A DNA stretch of 64,000 nt from a virus. The stretch covers positions 51,570-115,569 of the IMG/VR virus record IMGVR_UViG_3300011335_000809. One strand, 5' to 3'. The position numbers were made by a program, and so were the translations under genes. Shown piece after piece: positions 60,710-64,000 of this stretch. The notes beneath the pieces are model-generated. The model had not been told where the DNA came from. It was given only the letters and a program-made list of their open reading frames with translations, and made no database searches. Position 1 is the stretch's first letter. Each line of letters begins with the position of its first letter.

Positions 60710-61300
60710 ATGAATAATAAAACTTATTTTTATAGAGTTGCTCATAAAAATTGTTCATTTTATGGTAGATATCCTATGGGACCATATACATTTTTTAATA
60801 CAAATCTATGGTCCGTAAACAATCAAAAAGTTCCATTCAGTGACTGTGCATATAAAAAATTTGTAGAATTTGTAAGTAAAGAAGTTGTTGAATATAAAAA
60901 ATTTAATATTGCCAATAATAAATTAAAATGGGTGCCAACATTACCAAATGCTTGGCGACCTGGTCCATTTGAAGATATTGATTTACGGGAAAAAATGATT
61001 CTTAGAATGGGGACAATGACAAAAAATGGAAAGTTTCATTTGTATGGGTTTGATTCATTGATGCAAGCATTGCAATGGTATAATAACCAAGAAGAATTGC
61101 AGTTTTTGGAAGATAATCAATTTAGAATGTATAAATTTAAAATTAAATCCAAAAATATGATTGTGGGAAAAACTCAATCTGTTTATTTTCCAGATATCAA
61201 TGATAATATGGATATGCTTTGGATATCATCAATAAAGTTGACTGATATGAATAAATCTATAAACATTAACAATACAAACCATAAACAAATTTATAGATAA
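60710..61300 (+). CDS. hypothetical protein
   Basis: YRV.H..GPY..P.P..D..YGF.S..Q...W pattern. Confidence 0.7.
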   Translation: MNNKTYFYRVAHKNCSFYGRYPMGPYTFFNTNLWSVNNQKVPFSDCAYKKFVEFVSKEVVEYKKFNIANNKLKWVPTLPNAWRPGPFEDIDLREKMILRMGTMTKNGKFHLYGFDSLMQALQWYNNQEELQFLEDNQFRMYKFKIKSKNMIVGKTQSVYFPDINDNMDMLWISSIKLTDMNKSININNTNHKQIYR

Positions 61301-61342
61301 AGGTGACAGTGTTTCAAATCTGTAACATAGTATTTGATATGT

Positions 61343-62053
61343 ATGACTATGAAGGTAAGATCACTATTCATTTCTGATACGCACATTGGTAGTGATTATT
61401 GTAACCACGAAAAATTATTGAAGTTATTGAGTGAAGTAGAATGTGAATATTTATACATTGTGGGTGATTTTATTGATGGTTGGATATTGAGTAGAAAATT
61501 TAAGTGGCATAGCAATTACAACACAATTCTACAGAAAATATTGCGTATGAGCAGAAAAGGTACACAAGTGTATTATGTGTGGGGCAATCACGATGATTTT
61601 ATTGAACCATTTACTGATATGTACTTTGGTGATAATATACAAGTTTTAAGAGAAACCACTCATACTACATTAAAAAATGAAAGAATATTGATTATTCACG
61701 GAGATCAATTTGATGGATTAGTAACCAAGAATAAGTGGATACAACATATTGGTTCAATAATATATGATTATAGTTTGTCGGTAAATAAACTATTCAGAAT
61801 ATTCAAATTTAGCTTCAGTAACTTTCTCAAACAAAAAGCAAAAGAAGCTGTTAAGTATATAGGCAATTATGAAGCTACCGTTGTACACTATTGTAAAAAT
61901 AGTGGCCACGATAGTATTTTATGCGGTCATATACACAAACCAGAATGTACCATTATTGATGGTATAAACTATTACAACACGGGTGATTTTATAGAAAATA
62001 ACACGTGCATAGTTGAAACTTTGGATGGGGAAATTAAACTAATCAAATTATGA
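61343..62053 (+). CDS. LpxH/PlcP-like metallophosphoesterase
   Basis: FISDTHIG, VGDFIDGW, GNHD, HGDQFD, CGHIH. Confidence 0.9.
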   Translation: MTMKVRSLFISDTHIGSDYCNHEKLLKLLSEVECEYLYIVGDFIDGWILSRKFKWHSNYNTILQKILRMSRKGTQVYYVWGNHDDFIEPFTDMYFGDNIQVLRETTHTTLKNERILIIHGDQFDGLVTKNKWIQHIGSIIYDYSLSVNKLFRIFKFSFSNFLKQKAKEAVKYIGNYEATVVHYCKNSGHDSILCGHIHKPECTIIDGINYYNTGDFIENNTCIVETLDGEIKLIKL

Positions 62054-62133
62054 AGATTTTCAAGATGATTTGTAATTTGAAATAATTTATTGATATGTAT
62101 GTGTAGTTAAGGACACTACCTACACTTTGTAAT

Positions 62134-63015
62134 ATGAATAATATAAAAAATGAAGAATTAGATTTTATTAGAGATAATTTTCCAAAATTTGGAGCGAAAT
62201 ATTGTGAAGAAAAACTGAATATAAAAAGAGATAGGATAAATTATATAGCGAGAAATATTCTTAATTTAGGAAAGTTAGATAAAAAAATTTACGGAAAAAT
62301 TGTTAGCGATGCAAAATCAAATTTTTACAAAAACAAGAATTTGTATAAAGTTGATCATCAACAATTTATAGATGTAAATTCTAAAGAAGTTGCTTATTTG
62401 TTAGGATTGATTTGGGCTGACGGAAACATTCTCGAATTTAAAAACAGAAACAAAAGAAATACTCAAATTAGTTTGGTTACAGAAGATATGGAAAATATAA
62501 TTTCAATATTTGACAAAACTGGTAATTGGGGAAGATGTGATAGAATTCGCGACGGTAAAAAACCATCAACAAGTTTTTCTAATTTCAATCCACATTTAGC
62601 TAATTATTTGATATCAAAAGGATATAAATCTAAATCACATAAAAGCGCTTGTGAAATAATAAAAACTATACCTGATAAATTACAACATTTTTGGTTCAGA
62701 GGATTATTTGATGGTGACGGTTGTTTGTATGTAGATAAACAAAATAGATCTAATTTAAGTATAGCTTCATCATATGAACAAGATTGGACTTATATGGAAA
62801 ATTTATTTAAAAAATTAAATATAAAATATAAAATAAATAAATCAATATCAAAAACCGGAAAATCGTCGAGTATTTGCGTTAGAAATAAACAAGGATGTAA
62901 AAGTTTTTTAGATTATATCTACAATGGAGTTGAAACGGATCAAATGGGACTCAAAAGAAAATATCATAAATATAAAATTACAAATTTTATTAAAAAAATC
63001 AATCAACATAAATAA
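62134..63015 (+). CDS. LAGLIDADG homing endonuclease
   Basis: AYLLGLIWADG and FRGLFDGDG motifs. Confidence 0.9.
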   Translation: MNNIKNEELDFIRDNFPKFGAKYCEEKLNIKRDRINYIARNILNLGKLDKKIYGKIVSDAKSNFYKNKNLYKVDHQQFIDVNSKEVAYLLGLIWADGNILEFKNRNKRNTQISLVTEDMENIISIFDKTGNWGRCDRIRDGKKPSTSFSNFNPHLANYLISKGYKSKSHKSACEIIKTIPDKLQHFWFRGLFDGDGCLYVDKQNRSNLSIASSYEQDWTYMENLFKKLNIKYKINKSISKTGKSSSICVRNKQGCKSFLDYIYNGVETDQMGLKRKYHKYKITNFIKKINQHK

Positions 63016-63017
63016 TT

Positions 63018-64000
63018 ATGAAAATCATATTTGGAACTTGTATAAGTGGCAACGGACATCAAACACAAGCTATTGCTACTAAACAATATTTGGAAAAACA
63101 AGGTATAAATGTTATTTGTAATTTAGTAGGAAAGCCATTTAAAAATAAATTGCCAAAATATTTCACAGACGAATTCAATATAATACAACACAATGGATTT
63201 GATTTTGTATTTGACAATGTAGGTAGAGTTGTTATCTGGAAAACCATAGTAAAGAACACATTTGAATTACCACGCTTAATTGTATCATTCATTAAAATCT
63301 GTAGCATCATCCAAAAAGAAAAGCCAGATGCTATATTCAACTATTATGAACCATTGGTAGGTCTAACCGCGTTATTCTTTAGAAACATAAAGTATGTAAG
63401 CTTTGGGCATCAATACGCAATGGATTCTGCTATATATCCACGAATCAATGGATATATCGTACAAAAACTATTTTTAAGTATCATAAATAAAATCACTAGT
63501 ATCAGAGCCAAGATTGTAACATTAAGTTATTACGAGTTTAATGATACTACTATGATTGTTAGTCCTCCAATATTAAGAGCTGAAAGTTATAGTATATCAG
63601 ATAAAAAAGAAGACTTTGTGTTGGTATATTTAATGAATGAAGATATGTTACCCCAACTAATTAGTCAAGCAAAAAAATATCCGGATATCAATATTCAGTG
63701 TTTTACCAAATTAACCAAACAATACGATGAACTACCAAATCTAAAGTTATTTAATCTCGATGGTAAACTATTTCAAGAAAAGATGAAAGTATGTAAAGCA
63801 GTAGTGTGTAGTGGTGGATTTGAAACAAGTGCTGAAGCTATATATCAAAACAAACCATTGTTGATGATACCTATGCCTAATCACTATGAACAACACGCCA
63901 ATTGTAATGACGCTTATCTAAACTCATATGCAATTTATAGTGAATCAATTGACTTGAGTAAGATACCAAAATATCAGTTGGGTAATAAAAAATGGTTTGA
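63018..64000 (+). CDS. GT-B glycosyltransferase (MJ1255/Glyco_trans_1_3-like), runs to the window edge
   Basis: MKIIFG...GNGH.T.A; KPD.I...YEP; GGFET..EA....KP....P...HYEQ..N; absent from ORF track. Confidence 0.85.
   Translation, partial: MKIIFGTCISGNGHQTQAIATKQYLEKQGINVICNLVGKPFKNKLPKYFTDEFNIIQHNGFDFVFDNVGRVVIWKTIVKNTFELPRLIVSFIKICSIIQKEKPDAIFNYYEPLVGLTALFFRNIKYVSFGHQYAMDSAIYPRINGYIVQKLFLSIINKITSIRAKIVTLSYYEFNDTTMIVSPPILRAESYSISDKKEDFVLVYLMNEDMLPQLISQAKKYPDINIQCFTKLTKQYDELPNLKLFNLDGKLFQEKMKVCKAVVCSGGFETSAEAIYQNKPLLMIPMPNHYEQHANCNDAYLNSYAIYSESIDLSKIPKYQLGNKKWF

Noticed and set aside
62134-63015. Intron-encoded LAGLIDADG
   Set aside because: Flanking genes appear complete and there is no room for intron core; free-standing
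1-64000. Alternative genetic code or suppressor tRNA
   Set aside because: Long genes are intact in code 11, TAA/TGA/TAG all end genes, and no CUA/UCA anticodon was seen (the Leu anticodon TAG and Ser anticodon TGA are ordinary)

Overview
AT-rich 64 kb segment of a large tailed-phage (jumbo-type) genome, standard genetic code. The host is inferred to be Verrucomicrobiota from several host-like proteins. Layout: (1) 1-12.5 kb: two minus-strand tRNA arrays (21 recognisable tRNAs including a separate tRNA-Cys) interleaved with many tRNA-like or structured RNAs, homing endonucleases, a serine protease, a porin and a Hint protein. (2) 12.7-14.8 kb: glycosylation/methylation genes. (3) 15-31.5 kb: small early genes, each with its own repeated sigma70-type promoter, plus an ncRNA island, an SF2 helicase and HNH/GIY-YIG genes, flanked by two low-complexity non-coding blocks across which GC skew inverts. 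(4) 32-64 kb: mainly plus-strand accessory genes (methyltransferase, secreted protein, nucleotidyltransferase, 2H phosphoesterase, YopX, Pth2, PlcP/LpxH-like phosphoesterase plus glycosyltransferase). Main discovery: each tRNA array is preceded by a short unannotated leader ORF with an antiterminator/terminator. The codons of each leader nearly inventory the amino acids of that array's tRNAs (MNLISQPSQASQLPSGS before Val/Pro/Leu/Ser/Ser/Gly/Gln/Pro; MRVQYTHIKRWDTFTNCECVGGDIV before Thr/His/Arg/Glu/Trp/Asn/Tyr/Phe/Lys/Asp/Ile/Arg/Cys). This suggests ribosome-stalling attenuators that switch on phage tRNA synthesis when any matching tRNA is depleted. All calls were made by eye, with no database searches or folding programs.
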